Origin: Myxococcota bacterium
GTDB taxonomy: Bacteria > Myxococcota_A > Polyangia > Nannocystales > Nannocystaceae
Length of the DNA: 64,000 bases
Reading direction: 5' to 3'
Assembly: GCA_039028615.1 (NCBI GenBank)
Contig: JBCCHT010000052.1
Location: 28,821-92,820 of the forward strand
The notes beneath the pieces were generated by a model that saw only the letters and a list, made by a program, of their open reading frames with translations, had not been told where the DNA came from and made no database searches. Positions 52,578-61,683 of this stretch are shown one piece after another; position 1 is the first letter of the stretch, and every line of letters begins with the position of its first letter. The position numbers were made by a program, and so were the translations under genes.

Positions 52578-52652
52578 GCTTCCACCTTCTGGCATCCGTC
52601 CGCGAAAAGCCAGTCAATCCTTCGCAACGAAACCGGGGCAGCTGCGCGAGAC

Positions 52653-53906
52653 TCAGCCGTCGGCGACCGATTCCAGCGCGCTGCGGATGACGTGCCGCAG
52701 CACGTCGGTCGGCGTGGGCTTGACCAGGAACCGATGCACGCCGAGCTGACTGAGCAGGCGCCAGTCGTCGGCGCCCCCGACCCCGGACAGCACCACGATG
52801 GGCACGTCGGCGGTGGTGGGGAGCCCGCGCAGCGCCGCCACGAACTCGACGCCGTTGATCCCCGGCATCTGCAAGTCGGTGATCACCAGCGCGGGTGGGC
52901 GGCTCTCGATGATCGACAGCGCCCCCTGAGGATCGCTCAACGCCACGATCTCGGGGTCGGGCAAGGCCGACCGCACCACTCGCACCAACGCGCGCAGGAC
53001 CATCGGATCGTCGTCGACCAGCACGATGAAGGGCCGGTCACCGCCCTTGGCGTGTCGGCTGCGATCACGTGCAGCAAACAGTTCGTCGCGCAGCTCGGCC
53101 GCACTGGGGCGCACCTTGGGGTGACGCTCGAGCGCCGACAGGATCGGCCCGTCGAACACCCGCGACAGCTCCGGCCGCAGCGAGCTGGGCGGCGGGATTT
53201 CACCGTCGAGCTGCCGCGTCAGCATGGCGAAGACCTCGTCTTCTTCGACCGGCATGTGCCCGGTGAGCAGCCAGTACGCGGTCACCCCCAGCGAGTAGAC
53301 GTCGGCTTTGTGCGCCAGGGCGGTGTCGAAGGGCTCCTGCGCGATGAGCTCGGGCGCCACGAAGCCGGGGGTTCCCGGAGCCACCATGCCGCCACGCCCT
53401 TCTTCGGGGTGCCGCGCCAGGCCCAGATCGGTCAGCGCGACCACGAAGGCATCGGACACCAGAATGTTGGCCGGCTTCACGTCACCGTGGATGAGCCCGG
53501 CCTTGTGCAGCGCTTCGAGCCCCGAGCACGCCTGCCCCAAGATCCCGACCACCACATCGCCGGGAAGCGGTGGACCGCGATGATGCTCGGCCCAATCGGC
53601 GAGGTCGGCTCCGCGGTGATACGGCATCACGATGAACGGGCACGGCCCTAGCCGGCCGACGTCGTAGATCTCGATCACGTTGGGGTGCCGCAGCCGCGCC
53701 ATGCTCTCGGCTTCTCGCAAGAACATCCGAGAGCGACGCGGATCGTCGGCGACTCGCGGGTGCAAGAACTTGACGGCCACGGCCCGCTTGAGCCGAAGGT
53801 CGGTCGCCCGAAACACGACCCCCATGCCGCCCTCGCCGAGCCAATGATCGAGCCGATACTTGTTGTCGACGATCTGCCCGGCCCGCGGCAGGCCGACGTC
53901 CTCCAT
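52653..53906 (-). CDS. Ser/Thr kinase with C-terminal receiver domain
   Basis: GEGGMG, VAVK, HGDVKPAN, DLGLA, GTPGFVAPE; REC motifs LVDDD, TDLQMP, LVKP; start may be 53984. Confidence 0.88.
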   Translation of the reverse strand: MEDVGLPRAGQIVDNKYRLDHWLGEGGMGVVFRATDLRLKRAVAVKFLHPRVADDPRRSRMFLREAESMARLRHPNVIEIYDVGRLGPCPFIVMPYHRGADLADWAEHHRGPPLPGDVVVGILGQACSGLEALHKAGLIHGDVKPANILVSDAFVVALTDLGLARHPEEGRGGMVAPGTPGFVAPELIAQEPFDTALAHKADVYSLGVTAYWLLTGHMPVEEDEVFAMLTRQLDGEIPPPSSLRPELSRVFDGPILSALERHPKVRPSAAELRDELFAARDRSRHAKGGDRPFIVLVDDDPMVLRALVRVVRSALPDPEIVALSDPQGALSIIESRPPALVITDLQMPGINGVEFVAALRGLPTTADVPIVVLSGVGGADDWRLLSQLGVHRFLVKPTPTDVLRHVIRSALESVADG

Positions 53907-54114
53907 CCGTTCCGAAGAAGACCTCCCCGGTCCGGCAACCCGCGGCGTCGCGCGGTTCGATTGCTGGAGGATTTCGCCAGTCATGGCAGCACCAACAGCA
54001 TACTGGACTTCCCTACGAACCGAGCCCCACTGACGTGAACCCGTGGTCATCGTCACGAGCCGATCGGGGCCGGTCAGCGATGAGTCGAAACGCCTCGGCG
54101 GTAGACTCCGCCCC

Positions 54115-54618
54115 ATGCTCGAGCTTCGCCGTTCCCTTCCCTTGGGTGCCGCATTTGTCCTCGGAGCCTGCGCTGCGACCGCGGTGCAGTCCTCAGCGTC
54201 CACACCCACTGACAGTCAGACCACCGCGGCCGCGGAACCGACCGACGAAGCTTCGTCCGTGATGTCGGCGGTTGTCGGCATGAGCGATGCGCCAAAGCGG
54301 GTTGCGCCCAACGGCAAAGCCCGCGTGACGATGTTGGCCCAGGGTCACAACGCGTTCTTGGCTCGACTCGACATGGATGCGGGCGCAGCCGTGCCAGAGC
54401 ACCGGGACGCTACCGAGGAATACATCCACGTCCTCGAAGGCTCTGGCACGATCATGATCGACGATCGCGAATATGCCCTGTCCCCTGGCTCCACGGTGTT
54501 CATGGCCGCCGATGCCAAGGTCAGCTTCCAAAACGGTGACGCACCGTTCGTCGGGATCCAGGTGTTCGCGGGGCCAGGTCCCGCGGCCAAATATGACGCG
54601 TGGACCTCTGCCCCGTAG
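54115..54618 (+). CDS. Cupin-domain lipoprotein
   Basis: Lipobox VLGAC; VPEHRDATEEYIHVLEGSG cupin motif. Confidence 0.82.
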   Translation: MLELRRSLPLGAAFVLGACAATAVQSSASTPTDSQTTAAAEPTDEASSVMSAVVGMSDAPKRVAPNGKARVTMLAQGHNAFLARLDMDAGAAVPEHRDATEEYIHVLEGSGTIMIDDREYALSPGSTVFMAADAKVSFQNGDAPFVGIQVFAGPGPAAKYDAWTSAP

Positions 54619-54627
54619 CGCGCCCCA

Positions 54628-54957
54628 TCACGCCGCTCGTGGTGCACGACTCCCCGTCGACATGTGCACCACGGTATGTGGGGTCGTGGCGCTTCGCGTC
54701 ACGATGCGGTGACACGACGTACACGTCGCGGGTGTGCCCACTCGGTCGTGCAGGTACGGAAGTAGGCCGATGCCACACCCCGCGACCAGGGGCAGCACTG
54801 CCATGATCGTGGGACCGAGCAACGAAGCGCCGAAGACCATCGCCGAGAACGCGACGTAGCCGGCAACCAACGCGACCTTCCACCAACCCGAAGGACGCAC
54901 CACCGTGCCCCGACTTCCGCAGCAAGGACAGACCTCTTGGTGACGTGCATGCATCAT
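54628..54957 (-). CDS. Small membrane protein, CxxC - hydrophobic segment - CxxC (LITAF-like layout)
   Basis: AGGAG upstream of the ATG; CPCC, about 40 hydrophobic residues, CTSC. Confidence 0.65.
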   Translation of the reverse strand: MMHARHQEVCPCCGSRGTVVRPSGWWKVALVAGYVAFSAMVFGASLLGPTIMAVLPLVAGCGIGLLPYLHDRVGTPATCTSCHRIVTRSATTPHTVVHMSTGSRAPRAA

Positions 54958-54973
54958 TTCCGAATCTCCTGGC

Positions 54974-55021
54974 CTATCAATCGATAGGCTATCGATCGAT
55001 AGCTTGACTATCGACTGATAG
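54974..55021. promoter_or_regulatory. Three tandem palindromic operators CTATC-N4-GATAG (probable TetR sites)
   Basis: CTATCaatcGATAG 54974-54987, CTATCgatcGATAG 54989-55002, CTATCgactGATAG 55008-55021, between divergent genes, one of them TetR. Confidence 0.8.
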
Positions 55022-55108
55022 ACTGGCAACCACAGGATCTCGTTCGGTGGTCGATTCCCCCGTGGATCCAATGACTTCGAGCGAATCGCCGGCTCTCGGA
55101 CCTTCTCG

Positions 55109-55735
55109 ATGCCTCCCAAGAGCGCAACAAACGCGACTTCGCGACGGGCCGAAGTCCTCGAAGCCGCGCTCGAGCTGCTGGCCGACGAGGGCTACGCGGG
55201 CGCCTCGCTACGCAAGCTCGCGGCGCGGCTCGGGATGGCGCAGCCGAGCCTCTATCACTACTTCCGCACCAAGGAAGATCTCGTCGAGCAAGTGCTGGCG
55301 ACCTACGCGGGACAGATGTTCCAGGCGCTCAGCCCCGACCAGCTTCCGACCACGCTGGAGGACGTACCGCGGGTGACCGTGGAGACGGCGGTGCGCGTCT
55401 ACCAACGGCCGACCCACCCGCTGTTCGTTCGCGTCGCGATCTCGGTCTCGCGGGTCAATCCACGCTTTGGGACGCTGATGCGGCGGGTTTTTGTCGAACA
55501 AGCGACCTGGGGAATTCAGCAGATGATGAAGCCCTTCGTCGAGCGCGGGGAAATCGACGCCGACGATGCGGTCGATCTCGTCCGCATGTTGCTCAACGCG
55601 ATCGGCCTGCGGCTCATCGAAGACAAGGTGATGTTCGCCGCCCACGAGCCCGGGCCCGATTTCGATCGCTACGTTCGGTTCGTGATCGCGACCGGTCACG
55701 CTCAGCTCGCCGCCCTCGCAGCACAGCGGGACTGA
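55109..55735 (+). CDS. TetR/AcrR family transcriptional regulator
   Basis: VLEAALELLADEGYAGASLRKLAARLGMAQPSLYHYFRTKEDL HTH. Confidence 0.93.
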   Translation: MPPKSATNATSRRAEVLEAALELLADEGYAGASLRKLAARLGMAQPSLYHYFRTKEDLVEQVLATYAGQMFQALSPDQLPTTLEDVPRVTVETAVRVYQRPTHPLFVRVAISVSRVNPRFGTLMRRVFVEQATWGIQQMMKPFVERGEIDADDAVDLVRMLLNAIGLRLIEDKVMFAAHEPGPDFDRYVRFVIATGHAQLAALAAQRD

Positions 55736-55994
55736 TTCCGCGGCCAACGCCAGTGTCCCGAAGCCGGATTGCCAGGCGTGGCGACAGTAGGCACCAGGGA
55801 ACCCATTCATCCCGGTCGACCTCACCAGAAAATCCCGAGCCCATGGGGCGAGTTGTGCGGTATTTCGGCCGCCTAGGGGCCATTTCACGGGTGCAAAGCC
55901 GGCTCTCCAAATGTGGCACCGGGCTTGCTTTACTCCGCCCCGCCATCTTCTGCGGATGACCCTTTCGGGGGGCCCGCCCGGTACACGCAGCACG

Positions 55995-58874
55995 ATGCCC
56001 AACCCTCACGATCCAACCCAGCCGACCGAGGAGGCCGACCCGTCGGGGGCCGATTCCCAGATTGGGCACAGCGCGACGCTGGCCGACGACGGCCTCGACG
56101 ACGGACCCAACCGCACCCGGGGTCCCAAACTGGGCGACCGGATCGGGCACTACCACGTGCTCGAGGAGATCGGGTCCGGGGCGATGGGCACGGTCATCGA
56201 GGCCTACGACGAGCAGTTGGATCGACGCGTGGCCCTCAAGCTGCTGCACGACCGTCGGCGCAGCCGTTCGAATAGCGGCCGGCAGGAGCGACGCCTGCTG
56301 CGAGAGGCCCAGGCCCTCGCCCGGCTCTCGCACCCCAACGTGGTGCAGGTCTACGAGATCGGCGAGGCGGCGGGCGGCCTGTTCATCGCCATGGAGCTGA
56401 TCCTCGGCCAGACCCTCGAGGAGTGGCAAAAAGAAGATCGGACCTGGCGTGAAGTCGTGGACGTCTACATCCAAGCGGGCCGAGGCCTCGCGGGCGCGCA
56501 TGCCCAGGGCCTGATCCATCGCGACTTCAAGCCCAGCAACTGCATCATCGACGACGCCGGCCAGGTCAAGGTCCTGGACTTCGGCCTCGCCCGCGAGTCG
56601 GGTGACTCCTCGGAGGTCGACGACACCCTCAGCTCGACCGACCATTCCGCCATCCGTGATCTGCTGGCCGACGGCGGCTCGAGCGAGAGCAACCGCGTCT
56701 TCTCCGAGGCCCTGACCCGCACGGGCGCGCTGCTCGGGACCCCGGCCTATATGGCGCCCGAGCAATTGCGAGGCGGCCAGGTCGCGGCGCATAGCGATCA
56801 GTTCAACTTCTGCGTCGCGCTCTACGAGGGCCTGTACGGCTGCCGCCCCTTCCCGCACGACTCCATCGGCGAGCTCGTCAACGCGGTGCTCGGCGGCAAC
56901 CTCCGCTCGCCTCCGCCCGGCTCCAAGGTCCCGGGCTCGCTGTTCCACGTGCTGCGTCGCGGGCTGCAGTGCCGTCCTCGAGATCGCTGGCCTTCCATGG
57001 AGGAGCTGCTCGAGCGCCTCGAAGGGCTGCGCTCGCGACGAACCCAGAGCCGCTGGCTGGTGGCCATGGGCCTGGCCGCGGCCGCCACCGGGGGCGTGCT
57101 GTGGGGGCAGGCCGACACCACCCCGCCCTGTCGCGGGGCCGAGGCGCGCATGGGTGAAGTATGGGGACAGCCCCACGCCCAGATCATCGACGAAGCCCTG
57201 CTGGATACCGGCGTGCCCTATGCCCACGCCACCAGCATCCGGGTCCGCGACCTGCTCGATACCTACGCCAAGAGCTGGATCGCGCTGCATACCGAGACCT
57301 GCGAGGCCACGGCCGTGCACGAGCAGCAGTCGGCGGAGGTCCTCGACCTGCGCATGCGCTGCCTCGAGAGCCGACGCACCGCGATGCTGCGGACGATCGA
57401 GCTGCTCGAGGACCCCGATGCCTCCGTCGTCGAGAACGCGGTGGCCATGGCGTCTTCGCTGCCTCGCCTGGAGCTGTGCAACGACGTCGCCGCGCTCGAA
57501 GCCGCGGTGCCGCCCGCCGACGATCCCGCCGTCGCGACCGAGGTCGAGGCGCTGCGCGACCAGCTGGCTCGCGCCACCGCGCTGGCCAAGGCTCATCACG
57601 ACGAAGAGATGCTGGTGGTGGTGGAGCCGGTGCTCGAGCGCGCGCTGGTCTTGGGCTACACCCCGCTCATCGCCGAAGCCCGCCTCGGCCGGGGCATCGC
57701 CCTCAAGCTGCTGGGTCGCTACCCCGAGGCCCGCGTCGAGCTGCTCGCGGCCTTCGAAAAGGGCGTGGAGCTCGGGCACGACGAGATTGCGATGCACGCC
57801 AGCCAGGAGCTGACCTTCCTCGTCGGGCACGAGCTCGCGCAGCGCGAGGCGGGCCTGGCCTGGGGCTCCACGGCCGAGGCCTTTGCCCGTCGACTCGATC
57901 CCCAGGGCCCTCAGCACGCCAAGGCCCTGCGCAGCGTGGCGATCGTGCAGATCCAGATGGGCCAGATCGACGCCGCCGCGCAGCGCTTCGAGCAGGCGCT
58001 GCACATCCTCGAGAGCAACGCCGACACCGAGAGCCTGGCGCTGGCGCGGGCCCTGAGCGACATGGGCAACCTCAGCCTCGCCCAGAGCGACCTCGATGCA
58101 GCGCTCGACTACTACCACCGCGCCAACGCTCTGCGGCTCGACAAGCTCGGCAAGGGGCACCCGCAGCTGAGCCTCGGGGAGCTGAACCTCGGGCACGTGT
58201 ACGAAGCGAAGGACAACCTCGAGGCGGCCGCAGCCAGCTACGAGCGCGCGCTGAGCCTGCGCACCGCCGCCCACGGACCCGTGCACCCCGACACGGCGAT
58301 CGCCATGAACAACCTGGCCGTCGTCTACGACAAGCAAGGCAAGCCCGACCTCGCGCTCGAGCTGCACCGCCGCGCGCTGGACATGCGGGTGCAGACCCTC
58401 GGGCCCGACCACCTGTACGTCGCGCACTCCAACGCGAACATCGGGCTCGCGCTGCGGGCCAAGGGCGAGCACGAAGAGGCGCTGCCCTACTTCCAGCGCG
58501 CCTACGAGATCGCGGAGACGATCGGCGGCCGCGAGATCGAGCATGCGCTATTCGAGCTGAGCGAGGCGGAGCTGCGCCTCGGTCGAGTCGATGCCGCCCG
58601 AGCCAAGCGCGAGCGCTACCTCGAGCTCATCCAGGCCCACGAAGACGACCGCTCCAGCTCGCTGGCCTTCGCCGAGTTCGGCCTCGCTCGGGTGCAGTGG
58701 ATCCAGGGCGAGCACGAGGCCGCCACCGCGCTACTCGAGCGAGCCGTGACGCACTCCGAGGCCAGCGAAGATCACCGGGCCCCCGCGCTGCTGAGGGACA
58801 TCGCCGCCTGGAAGGCCGAGAACCTTCAGCCCGAAGACTCGGGCTCGTCGCCGTCGACCGCACGCAAGCCCTGA
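55995..58874 (+). CDS. Ser/Thr protein kinase with TM helix and TPR repeats
   Basis: GSGAMG, VALK, HRDFKPSN, DFGLAR, GTPAYMAPEQ; TPR units; start could be 55956. Confidence 0.93.
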   Translation: MPNPHDPTQPTEEADPSGADSQIGHSATLADDGLDDGPNRTRGPKLGDRIGHYHVLEEIGSGAMGTVIEAYDEQLDRRVALKLLHDRRRSRSNSGRQERRLLREAQALARLSHPNVVQVYEIGEAAGGLFIAMELILGQTLEEWQKEDRTWREVVDVYIQAGRGLAGAHAQGLIHRDFKPSNCIIDDAGQVKVLDFGLARESGDSSEVDDTLSSTDHSAIRDLLADGGSSESNRVFSEALTRTGALLGTPAYMAPEQLRGGQVAAHSDQFNFCVALYEGLYGCRPFPHDSIGELVNAVLGGNLRSPPPGSKVPGSLFHVLRRGLQCRPRDRWPSMEELLERLEGLRSRRTQSRWLVAMGLAAAATGGVLWGQADTTPPCRGAEARMGEVWGQPHAQIIDEALLDTGVPYAHATSIRVRDLLDTYAKSWIALHTETCEATAVHEQQSAEVLDLRMRCLESRRTAMLRTIELLEDPDASVVENAVAMASSLPRLELCNDVAALEAAVPPADDPAVATEVEALRDQLARATALAKAHHDEEMLVVVEPVLERALVLGYTPLIAEARLGRGIALKLLGRYPEARVELLAAFEKGVELGHDEIAMHASQELTFLVGHELAQREAGLAWGSTAEAFARRLDPQGPQHAKALRSVAIVQIQMGQIDAAAQRFEQALHILESNADTESLALARALSDMGNLSLAQSDLDAALDYYHRANALRLDKLGKGHPQLSLGELNLGHVYEAKDNLEAAAASYERALSLRTAAHGPVHPDTAIAMNNLAVVYDKQGKPDLALELHRRALDMRVQTLGPDHLYVAHSNANIGLALRAKGEHEEALPYFQRAYEIAETIGGREIEHALFELSEAELRLGRVDAARAKRERYLELIQAHEDDRSSSLAFAEFGLARVQWIQGEHEAATALLERAVTHSEASEDHRAPALLRDIAAWKAENLQPEDSGSSPSTARKP

Positions 58875-60103
58875 GGCTCCCGGTCCATTCGTCGCGCGCC
58901 CCAGATCAAGGCGAGGCCGCCGAGCGCGACCGGGATCGCGGTCAGCTCGATGGCCAGGGCCGGCCCGCGAGCGTCGCTCACCGCTCCCATCAAGGGCGGA
59001 GAGATGGCATCGCCGAGCACGTGGATGATGAACACGTTCACCGCCATCGCCCGCGCGCGCATCGTGGCCGGCACGCTGGCCATGAGCGCCGCGTTGAGCG
59101 GCCCCGTGTTGAGGAACAGCAGCAGCTCCGCCCCGAACGCGACGATGAGCGTGCTGGTGGCGTCGCCCTGCGCCGTCATCAGCAAGGCGAAGGGTGCCCC
59201 GAGCAGCAGTCCGTAGCCGCTGACGCGGAAGTACCCGCCCGCGCCTTTCGCCTGCGCTCTGTCGCCGAGCCAACCGCCCACCAAGGTCCCGATGAGCCCG
59301 CCGAGCACGGTCACCGCACCGAAGCCCGTGCCCGCCTCGCCCGTGCTCAGATCGTGCGCCCGTGCCAGATAGGTCGGCATCCAGGCGCCCAGCCCTCCGA
59401 CGGTGAAGGTCATCAGGGTCATGCCCACCGTGTTGATCCGCCACGCCGGGCTGCGGAAGAGCCGACGCACCGTCGACATCAACGGGACGTCGGTGGTCGG
59501 CAACGGCTCCTCGTCGAGGGCTCCGCGCTGGGGCTCCGGCAGCAACAGTACTATTGCGGCCATGATGAGACCGGGGACGCCCGCGACGTAGAACGCCATG
59601 CGCCAGCCGTGGGCATCCGCCATCGCTCCGCCCACCAAGAACCCGAGCGCGCTGCCCATCGGCGTCGCCAGGTAGAAGTACGCGAGCTTGCGGCCGCGCT
59701 CCTGCGGGCGAAACAGGTCGGAGATCACCGCCGGGGCCACCGCCGCGTAGCCGGCTTCGCCCACGCCCACCAACGCCCGCATGGTGAACAGCGTCGCGTA
59801 GTCCTCGGCCATGCCCGAGCCCATCGTGGCCAGGCTCCACAACACCACGGAGATCGCCGTGATCTTCTTGCGGGAGACTCGATCGCCCAGCTGCCCAAGC
59901 CACGGCGAAGCGAGGGCGTACACCAGAATGAACGCGGTGCCGAGGAAGCCCGATTCGCTGTCGAGCAGCCCCAGTTCCTTGCTCATCGGCTCGAGAACCG
60001 CGAACAGGACGTAGCGATCGAGATAGTTGACGAAGTTGATCGCGGTGAAGACCGCGAGGATCGAAAGCGCGATTCGTCGCGTCGGCGCAGAGCCCTCGAG
60101 CAC
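58826..60103 (-). CDS. MFS transporter, spinster-like
   Basis: INFVNYLDRY, LGDRVSRK, RALVGVGEA.Y...AP.VISDLF, IHVLGDAISP; 12 TM. Confidence 0.87.
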   Translation of the reverse strand: MLEGSAPTRRIALSILAVFTAINFVNYLDRYVLFAVLEPMSKELGLLDSESGFLGTAFILVYALASPWLGQLGDRVSRKKITAISVVLWSLATMGSGMAEDYATLFTMRALVGVGEAGYAAVAPAVISDLFRPQERGRKLAYFYLATPMGSALGFLVGGAMADAHGWRMAFYVAGVPGLIMAAIVLLLPEPQRGALDEEPLPTTDVPLMSTVRRLFRSPAWRINTVGMTLMTFTVGGLGAWMPTYLARAHDLSTGEAGTGFGAVTVLGGLIGTLVGGWLGDRAQAKGAGGYFRVSGYGLLLGAPFALLMTAQGDATSTLIVAFGAELLLFLNTGPLNAALMASVPATMRARAMAVNVFIIHVLGDAISPPLMGAVSDARGPALAIELTAIPVALGGLALIWGARRMDREPQGLRAVDGDEPESSG

Positions 60104-60283
60104 GGCGCATGCTAGCCCGGCTCAGGACGTAAAGGATGGCGGCTCTCCCGCCACCGAAATTCCGGCGCACACCAAAATGTGCCGCAGGATCTGGGAAAAG
60201 CAGGCAAATCTGAGTATATGTGCAGTATCGCGGAAGTCGGGGACCGCAGAAAATCTGCTCAACCGATCCAAGGCGAATCGACT

Positions 60284-60311
60284 CGCGTAACTAACTACGC
60301 GCACGGACGAT
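60284..60311 (+). promoter_or_regulatory. Candidate promoter/operator of the RiPP operon
   Basis: Inverted repeat CGCGTA-N6-TACGCG (60284-60301) overlapping GTAACT-N15-CGAT, an ECF-like -35/-10 arrangement about 50 bp upstream of the start. Confidence 0.35.
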
Positions 60312-60361
60312 TACTCAGCCGTCCCACCGGATACGGAACGAACTCAGGAGAAGAAGAACAA

Positions 60362-60640
60362 ATGGCAAACCTCAAGGACATCGCTGCCACTCTCGCGATT
60401 CTCGGCTCTGGCGCACTCGTCATGACCGGCTGCAACAAGGACGCCCCGGCGACCGAGGTTCCGGCCGACGCTGACGCTGCTGGTGACGCGGCCGAGGGTT
60501 CCTGTGGCGGCGACAAGGCCGAAGGCTCCTGCGGCGGCGACAAGGCCGAGGGCTCCTGCGGCGGCGACAAGGCCGAGGGCGAGGGCGAAGGCTCCTGCTC
60601 GGCCGAGGGTGGCGAGGGCGAAGGCTCCTGCGGCGCCTGA
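60362..60640 (+). CDS. MNIO RiPP precursor (HvfA/oxazolin-like) with lipoprotein signal and five EGSC[G/S] cores
   Basis: AGGAG upstream; MANLKDIAATLAILGSGALVMTG-C; EGSCGGDKA x3, EGSCS, EGSCGA-stop; immediately upstream of DUF692. Confidence 0.88.
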   Translation: MANLKDIAATLAILGSGALVMTGCNKDAPATEVPADADAAGDAAEGSCGGDKAEGSCGGDKAEGSCGGDKAEGEGEGSCSAEGGEGEGSCGA

Positions 60641-60668
60641 TCCCCGACGCTCAACACACACAACAGTT

Positions 60669-60751
60669 CGTGGCTTGCCTCCGGTAGGCCACGGCGGGTG
60701 AAAGCCCGACGAGACCCGTGGTCGAGATCCTCTTCTCCCCACGGGTTTCGT
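60669..60751 (+). other. Three consecutive stem-loops between the precursor and DUF692 genes
   Basis: Hairpins at 60669-60693, 60695-60708 (GAAA loop) and 60709-60751 (13-bp stem). Confidence 0.6.
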
Positions 60752-60783
60752 GCATGTACTACGCTCCAGCAGATCGCTTCACG

Positions 60784-61683
60784 ATGAGCATGCTCCACCA
60801 GATTCAGACCACGCACGCCGTCCCTACGGGGATCGGCCTCGGCTTGCGTGCGAACTTCATCGCCAAGGTGGTGGCGGGTGAGGCCGACGGAGTGGCGGCC
60901 TTCCTCGAGCTGTCCCCGGAAAACTACATGCACCGTGGAGGCCGCAGCCCCGCCCGACTCGGGCAGCTCGCCGAGCGCTTCCCCATCATCACCCACGGCC
61001 TGATGATGTCGCTGGGCAGCGCCGATCCCTTCGACGACGAGTACTTCGGCTTCCTCCGCGAGTTCCTCGATCGCTACGACCCCCCGTGGCACTCGGACCA
61101 CGTGTGCTGGAGCGGCCAGGGCGGAGCCCTGCTGCACGACTTGCTGCCCCTGCCCTTCACCAGCGCCGTGGCCACGCGCATCGCCGGTCGGGTCATGGAG
61201 GCGCGCGACCGACTCGAGCGCCCCATGGCGATCGAGAACATCAGCTGGTACCTGCGCCTGGGCAAGGGCGAGTACGATGAGCCCCAGTTCATCACCGAGA
61301 TCGCCGAGCGGGCCGACTGCGGACTGCTGCTCGACGTCAACAACATCTTCGTCAACGCGCAGAACCACGGCTTCGACCCCTACCGCTGGCTCGAGCACAT
61401 TCCCCTCGACCGCGTGCTCCAGCTGCACGTGGCCGGGCACGAGCCCTGGGACGAGACCCTGATCGTCGACACCCACGGCGAGACGGTGCGCGACGAGGTC
61501 TACGAGCTCATGGCCTGGGTCATCGAGCGCATCGGGCCGCGGCCCGTCTTGCTCGAGCGCGACAGCAACATCCCGCCGTTCTCCGAGCTACTCGACGAGA
61601 TGCGGCGGCTCGACGCCACCTACCAGGCCGCGGTGCAGCGCTGGCAGGTCGCGACGGCCACGGAGGTGCAGCATGAAGTCTGA
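60784..61683 (+). CDS. Multinuclear non-heme iron oxidase (DUF692/MNIO, HvfB/BufB-like)
   Basis: GIGLGLR, ELSPENY, HGL..SLG, SDHVCW, DLLPLP, IENI, LLDVNNIFV, LHVAGH, DTHG, LLERD. Confidence 0.93.
   Translation: MSMLHQIQTTHAVPTGIGLGLRANFIAKVVAGEADGVAAFLELSPENYMHRGGRSPARLGQLAERFPIITHGLMMSLGSADPFDDEYFGFLREFLDRYDPPWHSDHVCWSGQGGALLHDLLPLPFTSAVATRIAGRVMEARDRLERPMAIENISWYLRLGKGEYDEPQFITEIAERADCGLLLDVNNIFVNAQNHGFDPYRWLEHIPLDRVLQLHVAGHEPWDETLIVDTHGETVRDEVYELMAWVIERIGPRPVLLERDSNIPPFSELLDEMRRLDATYQAAVQRWQVATATEVQHEV

Noticed and set aside
50385..53651. 1088-aa plus-strand ORF (likewise 55614-58544, 57161-60115, 5986-8058)
   Set aside because: Shadow or alternative-frame ORFs expected in high-GC DNA, overlapping well-supported genes
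60490..60637. 27-bp tandem DNA repeat as a mini-CRISPR
   Set aside because: It is the coding repeat EGSCGGDKA of the RiPP precursor
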